Shown in pieces: positions 17,806-25,035 of a stretch of DNA of 25,035 nt. The stretch lies in assembly GCA_029856435.1 (NCBI GenBank), contig JAHQXB010000089.1:1-25035 (forward strand). The letters are read 5' to 3'. A program made the position numbers and the translations under genes. Source of the stretch: Candidatus Jordarchaeia archaeon. Lineage in GTDB: Archaea; Asgardarchaeota; Jordiarchaeia; Jordiarchaeales; Jordiarchaeaceae. The notes below the pieces were generated by a model, which was not told where the DNA came from, ran no database searches, and saw only the letters and a program-made list of their open reading frames with translations. How positions within the stretch are numbered: the stretch's first letter is position 1; every line of letters begins with the position of its first letter.

Positions 17806-18726
17806 TCAAGTGAATTTTCTCTGTCCGGGCAACTCGAGTTTTGTATTTGGCTCCCTTGTTTGGACCAGTAATTCAGTTGGTATGGATCCTGCGTGTAAGG
17901 TTTGCAATTTGTAAAGTATGATTCCTTTAAGAAATCCTATTATGTGCGCTGCCGCTTCAAAGAACTTTATGGTGAATAGTCCTAGTGTGTAGACCAAGTT
18001 TCTCATCAGCTCTTTTCTTTTTTGCGCCAGAACTTTCCAGTAAACCATTGCTTGCCTCTTCACCAGTTGTGGATGCTTGCTAACATAGTGGTAGAAGCTT
18101 CTGGTATAATGGTACTCCCTCCTAATTGTTCTGAGGATATTGAAGTTTTTTTCCACATGTTTCACGTAGGAGTCGACTCTTTTGATGGTTACTCCCTGTT
18201 CTCTGGCTCTCTGAGCTATATCCCAGTCTTCTCCCGCCTCAAGCATGGGGTCAAAGCCTCCCAGTTTCCAGTAAACACTTCTCCTAAAGAATCTGGGAAC
18301 CTCCACTAACTCTTCTCCAATAAAGAGGTTTCTCTCGAAACATTTACACTTGGCCCAGAACCCCTGTCCGTCTGCAACTTCGGGAATAATTACCGCTTCG
18401 GCTCCCCTCAAAGCTTCACTCACACATTTTTCTATAGCGTCGAAACCAAGCTGCATATCTGCATCTATTGAGAGGATAAATTCCCCATGAGAGTTTTTGG
18501 CTCCAATGTTTCTAGCCTCAGATCTCCCAGCACGCACTCTAATTACCCTAGCCCCAAACTCCCTCGCTATGTCTACTGTTCTGTCCTTGGAGTTGTCATC
18601 AACAACAATAACCTCTACGTAGGGGTAAGTTTGGTCCCTTATCGACTCAAGACATAAAGAAATATATTTCTCCGCATTCTTTGTGGGAATAGTTACCGAA
18701 ACAAGTCCTCCCAAACCCAACACCAA
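17806..18726 (-). CDS. Glycosyltransferase family 2
   Basis: Motifs VSVTIPTKN, EVIVVDDNSKD, ARNIGA, the DxD motif IDAD, and GGFDP...GEDWD. Confidence 0.93.
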   Translation of the reverse strand: MVLGLGGLVSVTIPTKNAEKYISLCLESIRDQTYPYVEVIVVDDNSKDRTVDIAREFGARVIRVRAGRSEARNIGAKNSHGEFILSIDADMQLGFDAIEKCVSEALRGAEAVIIPEVADGQGFWAKCKCFERNLFIGEELVEVPRFFRRSVYWKLGGFDPMLEAGEDWDIAQRAREQGVTIKRVDSYVKHVEKNFNILRTIRREYHYTRSFYHYVSKHPQLVKRQAMVYWKVLAQKRKELMRNLVYTLGLFTIKFFEAAAHIIGFLKGIILYKLQTLHAGSIPTELLVQTREPNTKLELPGQRKFT

Positions 18727-18828
18727 TCCCTACCCTTAATCTGAAACTTCTCCTTCCTTCATGGTGTTGGAAAGCTAAAAGCACCCATTTAAATCTTAAA
18801 TCCCAAAAAAATATTTTTTTCGGTCACA

Positions 18829-19016
18829 GAACTTGATAAAAAAAAATTGTTGTTTCAGGATTCTGACTGGCTTTTCCACCCCGGGTGTAAACGGGTGACT
18901 CTGGGAACTCCAAGGCAGAAATATACCATAAAGGAGGGCTTTGCACCACACACCCCACCAACCCTTAAAGACACTGCAGACAAACCGCGAAAAAGACTTA
19001 CTTTTTTAACAAGTTC
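18829..19016. mobile_element. MITE (188 bp non-autonomous element) with 15 bp terminal inverted repeats and a degenerate 9 bp target-site duplication
   Basis: Left end GAACTTGATAAAAAA (18829-18843). Right end TTTTTTAACAAGTTC (19002-19016), whose reverse complement is GAACTTGTTAAAAAA (14/15). Flanks tcggtcaca (18820-18828) and tcggttgca (19017-19025) match at 7/9. No credible ORF inside. Confidence 0.75.
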
Positions 19017-19248
19017 TCGGTTGCAACATGCCAGAATTCTTCGTGCAAAAAGAATCGAAATAAAAGGAAAGGAACCTAGATTGAGTCAAATCCATTTACA
19101 ATAATAACACTCTCTTTGACAGGAAGTTACCCTCTTTTTCTTGATGTTTCTAAGAGGGCTAGGTACCTGATTCATCTTTTTTAATCTAGCACCATTTCAT
19201 ATTTACTTTCCTGACTGCTGACACAAAATTTTTTACATTCAAACACGA

Positions 19249-19256
19249 TTTAAATA
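19249..19256 (+). promoter_or_regulatory. Putative TATA box (TTTAAATA) of the FAD-oxidoreductase operon
   Basis: Archaeal TATA consensus with a purine-rich upstream run, about 85 nt before the TTG start. Confidence 0.35.
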
Positions 19257-19339
19257 TTATCCATTTGTTAAGGAGGCGTTTTGAGCGGAGCTCGATGCGC
19301 CAATTATCTTTTTATAAAGTTTTGGTGGAGGAAAATGTT

Positions 19340-20770
19340 TTGTCCGAAAAAAGGCCTAGAAACTCTTCTTCCCGTATTCGTGAATCTCTGGAGAGGATTG
19401 TTGGGAAAAATTTTGTTTCCGACCGTTTGGAGGAACGCTACTACTATTCCAGTGATCCTAGTGCTGAGGAGCCTTGCGCTCCGGATTTTGTGGTGATGCC
19501 GGGTTCTGTTGAGGAGGTTCAAGAAATAGTGAGGCTTGCCAATAGGGAAAAGATTCCTCTAACTCCCCGTGTAGGCGGTATGACACTGTCCGGGCTTGCC
19601 ATACCCTATGGTGGTGGTATCTTGCTGGATTTGAAGAGGATGGATAGAATAATTGAAGTGAATGATGACTCTATGTATGCTGTGGTTGAGTGTGGCGTGA
19701 CAACAGGGCAGCTTAAAACCTATCTGGAGGAGAATCATCCTCACCTCTGGTTCTGTCAGCCTCATGCTCCCCCATCTGTGGGAGTAATATCTAATGCGGT
19801 CATATATGGTGCTGGGCAGATTTCTCTAGGCTACGGTGTCAGCTCGGATATGATTAATGGTTTGGAGGTGGTTCTGCCTACAGGAGAAATTCTGAGAACC
19901 GGCTCCTGTGCGTTGGGCAAGTCCTGGCTCACCAAGTACTGTCTTCCCGATTTTACAGGTCTGTTTCTGGGCTGGTTCGGTGCCACGGGCATAATTACCA
20001 AGGCTTCCGTGCAGCTCTGGCCAAAACCCAGTATCCGCGACGCCATGTTTTACAAGGTGGATACTGTGGAGGACACAGTGAATATACTTTTGAAACTAAC
20101 CAAGAGCGAGGTTTGCGATGACATCTACATTAACAGTTGGACTGGAACCAGTACTAAAAGGTTCTATATGTCCCAGAAACCTGAAGGCACCCCGGAAATT
20201 ACTATGGATATCATTCTTAGTGGAAAGAATCAGGAACAAGTTGATTTAAAGAAGAGAATGGTTGGAGAAATCATGGAAGAAGCTATGAGGAAAGGGGTTA
20301 AAGTTGAGGAGTTTGAGCCTCCCCTAATGCTAAAAATCGCCATGCTGATGGTTCCCCAGCCCTTACCATTTATGGACTTGATGTTGGGTGGCGGCGCCGA
20401 GTACTTGGGATGCTACGTTCCCACAGAAGAGGTGGGTGAAGCCTACAAGAGGGGAATAGAGATAGCGAAAAAGTATGGCTTCCAATACCTACATGTGGTT
20501 AGGCCCTTCAGAACTGGACACTGCACCGGGATAATGTACGCCTTCCCCTTTGATAAGAGAAACCCTGAAGTGGTTGAAAAACTGTTGCGGGTTCTGGTAG
20601 AAATATGCGACATGGCCATAAGCTTGGGCGGCGTTCCTTGGAAGCCCTCACCCACAGTTCAGAAAATCGTTTTAAAACATGCAGACTCGCAGTACGTGCA
20701 ACTTATGAAAAAAATTAAAACCATGCTTGACCCCAACGGCATAATGGCTCCTGGTCAATGGGCTCTTTAG
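19340..20770 (+). CDS. FAD-linked oxidoreductase (VAO/GlcD-type FAD_binding_4), paralog 1
   Basis: Motifs PDFVVMPGSVEEVQEIVRLAN, GILLDLKRMDRI, GLEVVLPTGEILRTG, GIITKA and LDPNGIMAPG. TTG 19340 is chosen because of RBS GGTGGAGGA 7 nt upstream. Confidence 0.92.
   Translation: MSEKRPRNSSSRIRESLERIVGKNFVSDRLEERYYYSSDPSAEEPCAPDFVVMPGSVEEVQEIVRLANREKIPLTPRVGGMTLSGLAIPYGGGILLDLKRMDRIIEVNDDSMYAVVECGVTTGQLKTYLEENHPHLWFCQPHAPPSVGVISNAVIYGAGQISLGYGVSSDMINGLEVVLPTGEILRTGSCALGKSWLTKYCLPDFTGLFLGWFGATGIITKASVQLWPKPSIRDAMFYKVDTVEDTVNILLKLTKSEVCDDIYINSWTGTSTKRFYMSQKPEGTPEITMDIILSGKNQEQVDLKKRMVGEIMEEAMRKGVKVEEFEPPLMLKIAMLMVPQPLPFMDLMLGGGAEYLGCYVPTEEVGEAYKRGIEIAKKYGFQYLHVVRPFRTGHCTGIMYAFPFDKRNPEVVEKLLRVLVEICDMAISLGGVPWKPSPTVQKIVLKHADSQYVQLMKKIKTMLDPNGIMAPGQWAL
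19843..20004 (+). repeat. 162 bp tract, 159/162 identical to 22591-22752
   Basis: Base-by-base comparison shows only three differences, all synonymous (CCT/CCC, TGT/TGC, ACC/ACT). Confidence 0.95.
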
Positions 20771-20782
20771 GAGTTGATGAAT

Positions 20783-21967
20783 ATGGCTTTAGAAAAATAT
20801 AAGGACATACTTCATAGGTGCTATAAGTGCCAGTACTGCAGAACTACAGGCCCTAACCTTTTCTACAATGGGTGTCCCTCCTACACCAAATTTAGGTTTG
20901 AAACCTTCACAGGCGGTGGAAGAATGTGGACCGCCAAGGGCATTTACGAGGAGAAATTTGGCTTTGACAATGACATTGTAGATATACTTTTTGCTTGCCA
21001 AACCTGTGGAAACTGCTCCACCCAGTGTATCTACCCCATAAAAGACAGCATCCTGAGAATAATTGAGGCCACCAGAGCCGAAGCAGTAAAAGTGGGAATA
21101 AAGCTTCCCGGACGCCAAAGAGACTTTGCAGTACACATAGGAAAGGAACACAACCCCTACCTTGAATCCCACAGCAAAAGATGGGACTGGCTACCAAAAG
21201 GCATAGTTCTACCCGAAAAATCAGAAATGGTTTACTTCGTGGGCTGCACTTCAGCTTATCGCCAAAAGGTTCTGGCACAGGACACTGTTACTGTCTTTGA
21301 CAGTTTAGGCTTAGACTTCACCATAATGAGAGATGAATGGTGCTGCACCTCACCCCTGCTAAGAACTGGACAGTGGGAGACAGACTACGTCTCAGCTTCG
21401 GAGATAGCTCAACACAATATTGAAGAAGCAAAAAAAGTAGGTGCCTGTAAAATTGTTACCACCTGTTCCGGATGTTTCAGAACTTGGAAAAAAGACTACT
21501 TAGAGGAATACGACTGGCTTCTTAACTCTAAACACGACTTCGAGGTATTACACACCACCCAGCTACTGGAGAAAATGATAAAAAACGGCGAAATAGAGTT
21601 AAAAAACGAGGTGAAAATGAAGGTCACCTACCACGACCCCTGCCACTTGGGAAGACACATGGGGGTATACGACTCTCCACGCAACATACTTAAAGCAATA
21701 CCCGGCATAGAACTGGTGGAAATGCCCCGCACCAGGGAAAACGCTTGGTGTTGCGGGTCCGGGGGAGGAGTCAAATCCGGCTATGGCGAATGGTCAGTTG
21801 AAACCGCCTATGAACGAGTGAAGGAAGCAGAAAAACTGGGCGTTGAAGCCATCGTATCCGCCTGCCCCTTCTGCTGGCGCAACCTAGACGACGCAATAAA
21901 ACAACACAACTCGAAACTCCAAATCTACGACGTAATACAGCTAGTCAGAAAATCAATGGGCATATAA
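20783..21967 (+). CDS. (Fe-S)-binding oxidoreductase subunit, GlcF/HdrD-like (two 4Fe-4S motifs plus two CCG domains)
   Basis: Motifs CYKCQYC...CP, CQTCGNCSTQC, YFVGC, WCCTSP, CSGC, TYHDPCHLGRH, WCCGSGGG and SACPFC. It follows paralog 1 directly, with RBS AGGAG. Confidence 0.93.
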   Translation: MALEKYKDILHRCYKCQYCRTTGPNLFYNGCPSYTKFRFETFTGGGRMWTAKGIYEEKFGFDNDIVDILFACQTCGNCSTQCIYPIKDSILRIIEATRAEAVKVGIKLPGRQRDFAVHIGKEHNPYLESHSKRWDWLPKGIVLPEKSEMVYFVGCTSAYRQKVLAQDTVTVFDSLGLDFTIMRDEWCCTSPLLRTGQWETDYVSASEIAQHNIEEAKKVGACKIVTTCSGCFRTWKKDYLEEYDWLLNSKHDFEVLHTTQLLEKMIKNGEIELKNEVKMKVTYHDPCHLGRHMGVYDSPRNILKAIPGIELVEMPRTRENAWCCGSGGGVKSGYGEWSVETAYERVKEAEKLGVEAIVSACPFCWRNLDDAIKQHNSKLQIYDVIQLVRKSMGI

Positions 21968-22084
21968 AAACCCAAATTTGGATCCCCTTCCCATTTTTAA
22001 ATAGCATTCTCAAAAATTGAGTTCTTCCTAGTGTCTTTTTTCGGTTCAAGTTTCTGGTGTGAAAAAACTTGGGAGAAGCAAAAT

Positions 22085-23524
22085 TTGCCTAGGGAAACGC
22101 TAAAAAGGCCGAGTCGTCAAGGCATTTTGGAATCTCTGGAGAGAATTGTTGGGAAAAATTTTGTTTCCCACCGTTTGGAGGAACGTTACTATTATTCCTG
22201 TGACCCCAGCACAGAGGAACCGCACAGCCCAGGATTTGTAGTGTTGCCTGGAAGTGTGAGGGAAATTCAGGAAATATTGTTACTAGCCAATAGAGAAGGA
22301 ATTCCCGTAACTCCTAGGGTCGGAGGTATGACTCTGTCTGGACTGGCAATACCGTGTGAGGGGGGCATAGTTTTGGACTTAAAAAGGATGGATAAAATTG
22401 TGGAATTAAATAGGAGTTCCATGTATGCGGTGGTGGAGTGTGGGGTAACAGTGGGGCAGCTTAAGACCTACCTTGAAGAGAATTGTCCAGATCTCTGGTT
22501 TAGTATGCCTCACGCTCCCCCCTCTGTGGGCGTTATTCCCAACGCGTTAATACACGGTTTGGGCCAATTGTCGCTTAGCTATGGTGCAAACTCGGATATG
22601 ATTAATGGTTTGGAGGTGGTTCTGCCCACAGGAGAAATTCTGAGAACCGGCTCCTGCGCGTTGGGCAAGTCCTGGCTCACTAAGTACTGTCTTCCCGATT
22701 TTACAGGTCTGTTTCTGGGCTGGTTCGGTGCCACGGGCATAATTACCAAGGCCTCTATTCAGCTTTGGCCGAAGCCCAATTTTAGGGATGCCCTATTCTA
22801 CAAAATCTATGATATCGAAGCCATCCCCCAAGTCTTTTTGATGATTACCAGAAGTGAAGTGTGTGAAGACATTTATATGTTTAGTTGGACTGGAACCAGC
22901 GGCAGAGAAAGATTTCCCCTGCCCGAAAAACCCGTAGATGTTCCAGAGATCACCATGGACATTGTTTTAAACGGCAAATCCTTGGAAGAAATAGAATGTA
23001 AGAAGCGGGCTGTGCGGAGCATCGCAGAGAACCTGTTGAGGAAGGGTGTCCCGATTGAAGAATACGCCCGCCCCCCACAGGCAAAAAAGGATGTTTTAAT
23101 GGTTCCCCGAACCTTCCCCTTTATGGACTTATTGCAAGGCGGAGGAGCCGAGTACCTTGGATGCTACATTCCCCCACCCCTAATTGCTGCTGCCTATAAG
23201 AGGGGAGTTGAGGTAGCAAAAGGACACGGATTTCAGTATTTACACTTTCTAAGACCGATGCGCACCGGACACATCGTCTGCATCTTATACATATTCCCCT
23301 TTGACAAAAGAGATCCCAACCAAGTCAAAAAACTGGTAAACGTCTTGAAGGAACTCTCTGAAGAGTGTATTAATCTTGGGGGTGTGCTTTGGAAGCCCTC
23401 ATCCATCCTTCAAAATATTGTTATGAGAAATGCTGATTCAGAATACCTCAAACTCATGGAAAAAATAAAAAAATCATTAGATCCCCGAGGGATAATGGCT
23501 CCCGGGCAATGGATGCTCTATTAG
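22085..23524 (+). CDS. FAD-linked oxidoreductase (VAO/GlcD-type), paralog 2
   Basis: Collinear with 19340-20770 along its whole length. TTG 22085 with GGAG RBS aligns with the paralog 1 start. Confidence 0.92.
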   Translation: MPRETLKRPSRQGILESLERIVGKNFVSHRLEERYYYSCDPSTEEPHSPGFVVLPGSVREIQEILLLANREGIPVTPRVGGMTLSGLAIPCEGGIVLDLKRMDKIVELNRSSMYAVVECGVTVGQLKTYLEENCPDLWFSMPHAPPSVGVIPNALIHGLGQLSLSYGANSDMINGLEVVLPTGEILRTGSCALGKSWLTKYCLPDFTGLFLGWFGATGIITKASIQLWPKPNFRDALFYKIYDIEAIPQVFLMITRSEVCEDIYMFSWTGTSGRERFPLPEKPVDVPEITMDIVLNGKSLEEIECKKRAVRSIAENLLRKGVPIEEYARPPQAKKDVLMVPRTFPFMDLLQGGGAEYLGCYIPPPLIAAAYKRGVEVAKGHGFQYLHFLRPMRTGHIVCILYIFPFDKRDPNQVKKLVNVLKELSEECINLGGVLWKPSSILQNIVMRNADSEYLKLMEKIKKSLDPRGIMAPGQWMLY

Positions 23525-23583
23525 GATGAACTCTAAGATTCATTATTCCTTTTCGCATTTACATAAAAGAGTGGAGGAATTTT

Positions 23584-24624
23584 TTATTCGAAAACTTTGC
23601 CTGCTCCTCCAACGGTGAGTTTTTCACCTAGGCTGAGGCGTACTAGGTTGCTTAGTATGTAGGGTTCTAGGTTCTGTGCTTTGGCTCTGCTTCTGAGGCT
23701 GAGAACACACATGGGGCAGAGAAAAACCATTGCTTCCGCTCCGTGCTCCTTGGCGTCCATCAGGTTCTTGTTCCGCCACTCTTCTACTTCCTCTTTGGAC
23801 ACCGTGGACATTGCTCCCTGCGCCCCACCACAGCAAAGGGCATACATTCTGTCATATTTTCTATCCACCCTTTCAACTCCTATGAGTTTAAAGAGTTCGT
23901 CAAGCATTTTGTCTTTGGCAAAGGTGTATCTTGAGGCGCAAGGCTGCTGGTACGCTATTTTCATGCCGAGTTTTTTTACTTCGTTCTTGTGGGCTTTGAC
24001 GTAGTCCCTCAGATACTCTATTATGTGCACTGGTCTGAATGGCAGTTTTATTCCAAATTCGTGAACCTTATTACCTAAAAGAGCGTAGCAATCGTCGTGA
24101 TAGCATATGACTTCCTTGGCTCCCACCTCCTTTACTACCTTAGACAAGTTGTCGACAAACTTTTGAGCGTTTTGTTTAACCATGCTAGGCTTACCAACGT
24201 GAATCCAGCCAATGTAGCAGAAGTAGTCTCCACCCTTAGTAATGGTTAACCCATCGAAAAGCCGGCCCTCAACCACTCCTGGAAGAAGATCCACCGTGCA
24301 GAGGTTCAAAACTGGTTTACCCTTTTCACCCTTTTTAACTTCGGAGGGCAGCTGGGAGGCCATACTCATCATGCCCACGGCTCTCTCTGTTGCTGGAAAA
24401 GTTCCAGTTTCTTCCTGTCTTTGATTAATAAGATCGAAGGGGTTGGCCCCCTCAGGACAGTACATGTTGCAGGCACAGCAGGTGATACACTCCGAGGTTA
24501 CTGGTGTGGGTTCACCCTTAATTAGTTTTTTAAACTCCTCCTTAGCTTTTTCCTCAGGGTAGGCTAAATAGGCGCACTTCATCAGGCACTCTCCACAGAG
24601 AGTACACTTTTCTTCATAAAACAT
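23584..24624 (-). CDS. (Fe-S)-binding protein with CCG-type (heterodisulfide-reductase-related) domain
   Basis: Motifs CTLCGECLMKC, CITCCACNMYCP, CYHDDC, YQQPCASR, LCCGG and LCPMC. RBS GGAGGA. Confidence 0.9.
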   Translation of the reverse strand: MFYEEKCTLCGECLMKCAYLAYPEEKAKEEFKKLIKGEPTPVTSECITCCACNMYCPEGANPFDLINQRQEETGTFPATERAVGMMSMASQLPSEVKKGEKGKPVLNLCTVDLLPGVVEGRLFDGLTITKGGDYFCYIGWIHVGKPSMVKQNAQKFVDNLSKVVKEVGAKEVICYHDDCYALLGNKVHEFGIKLPFRPVHIIEYLRDYVKAHKNEVKKLGMKIAYQQPCASRYTFAKDKMLDELFKLIGVERVDRKYDRMYALCCGGAQGAMSTVSKEEVEEWRNKNLMDAKEHGAEAMVFLCPMCVLSLRSRAKAQNLEPYILSNLVRLSLGEKLTVGGAGKVFE

Positions 24625-24688
24625 CACATTTCCTCCAGTTAACTCTGTGAAATATCCTCTTCCAATAATATATTTTTTTCCACTTTAC

Positions 24689-25035
24689 GAACTTGTTAAA
24701 AAATAATTGGCGTTGGGAGGTGTTTTGCCTTTTTCTGTATTCCCATGCTTGTTTGGGGTGTATGTTTCTCTCTCTACTCTACATATTCCAATCTTCTTGT
24801 GGCGGGAGCTGTGAGGCAGACTAAATGGGGTGGACTAAGCCTGTTTTTCCACAGATTGTCTGCTCTATGAACTGGAGTAGGACCACTTCCTCAGGAAGCG
24901 GTTTTCCGAGGGGAACGAAGAAGCGCCTCATCCCAAGGAGGAACAATACACGCCTGATGTTGTGATGAATAGCCCCCAGCCTGAGGACCTTGTCATGATT
25001 CTCCTGCTCCCCATAGTAACTTGTTTTGCCCGCTC
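24689..25035 (-). mobile_element. Right end of an insertion sequence (truncated by the window edge) sharing the MITE's terminal repeat
   Basis: GAACTTGTTAAAAAA at 24689-24703 is identical to the reverse complement of the MITE right TIR, and 22/26 identical to the MITE left end. It lies about 130 bp beyond the stop of a transposase-like ORF. Confidence 0.6.
24821..25033 (-). CDS. Partial (C-terminal 70 aa) putative DDE transposase
   Basis: The frame is open from the window edge: AGKTSYYGEQENHDKVLRLGAIHHNIRRVLFLLGMRR...HPI*. The YxGxxxN...HNI pattern resembles the post-catalytic helix of IS5/IS4/IS1182-type transposases. Missed by the ORF track because there is no start in the window. Confidence 0.5.
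   Translation of the reverse strand, partial: AGKTSYYGEQENHDKVLRLGAIHHNIRRVLFLLGMRRFFVPLGKPLPEEVVLLQFIEQTICGKTGLVHPI

Noticed and set aside
18847-19104. 85 aa plus-strand ORF
   Set aside because: It runs through the MITE interior and across its right TIR, with no RBS and no protein-like features.
377-24424. The many 60-150 aa ORFs overlapping the long genes (e.g. 686-1150, 3561-3920, 12494-12940, 20789-21278, 23681-24004)
   Set aside because: They are antisense or alternate-frame shadows of well-supported CDSs with no independent evidence.
1-25035. CRISPR arrays, tRNA, rRNA
   Set aside because: No regularly spaced repeats, T-loop/anticodon cloverleaf signatures or rRNA-like segments were found by eye. 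A tRNAscan-SE or Infernal run would be needed to exclude small ncRNAs in the larger gaps.

Overview
Archaeal genomic window. Evidence: GGAGG/GGTGA ribosome-binding sites, TTTAAA-type TATA boxes, archaeoflavoprotein AfpA and a DUF1122 protein; the lineage cannot be fixed from sequence alone. It is mostly intact redox and catabolic enzyme genes: amidohydrolase-3, an MLE-like enolase-superfamily enzyme with an atypical active site, flavin reductase, amidohydrolase-2, Fe-ADH, an IlvD-family dehydratase, a LUD-domain protein, Isf plus AfpA, a GT2, two paralogous FAD-linked oxidoreductases and two CCG-type Fe-S proteins. Two decayed zones are interspersed: a pseudogenised hypothetical + DUF5678-like + retropepsin-like protease cassette (1447-2467), bracketed by a ~100 bp duplicate of the amidohydrolase 3' end, and a tandem membrane-protein family in progressive decay (5854-8147). 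The ORF track does not show a 188 bp MITE (18829-19016; 15 bp inverted repeats, degenerate 9 bp target duplication). Its terminal repeat recurs at 24689 as the end of an IS whose putative transposase C-terminus runs off the right edge. The FAD-oxidoreductase paralogs also share a 162 bp tract that is 98% identical, suggesting gene conversion. No rRNA, tRNA or CRISPR array was seen. All family calls come from motif recognition, not database searches.
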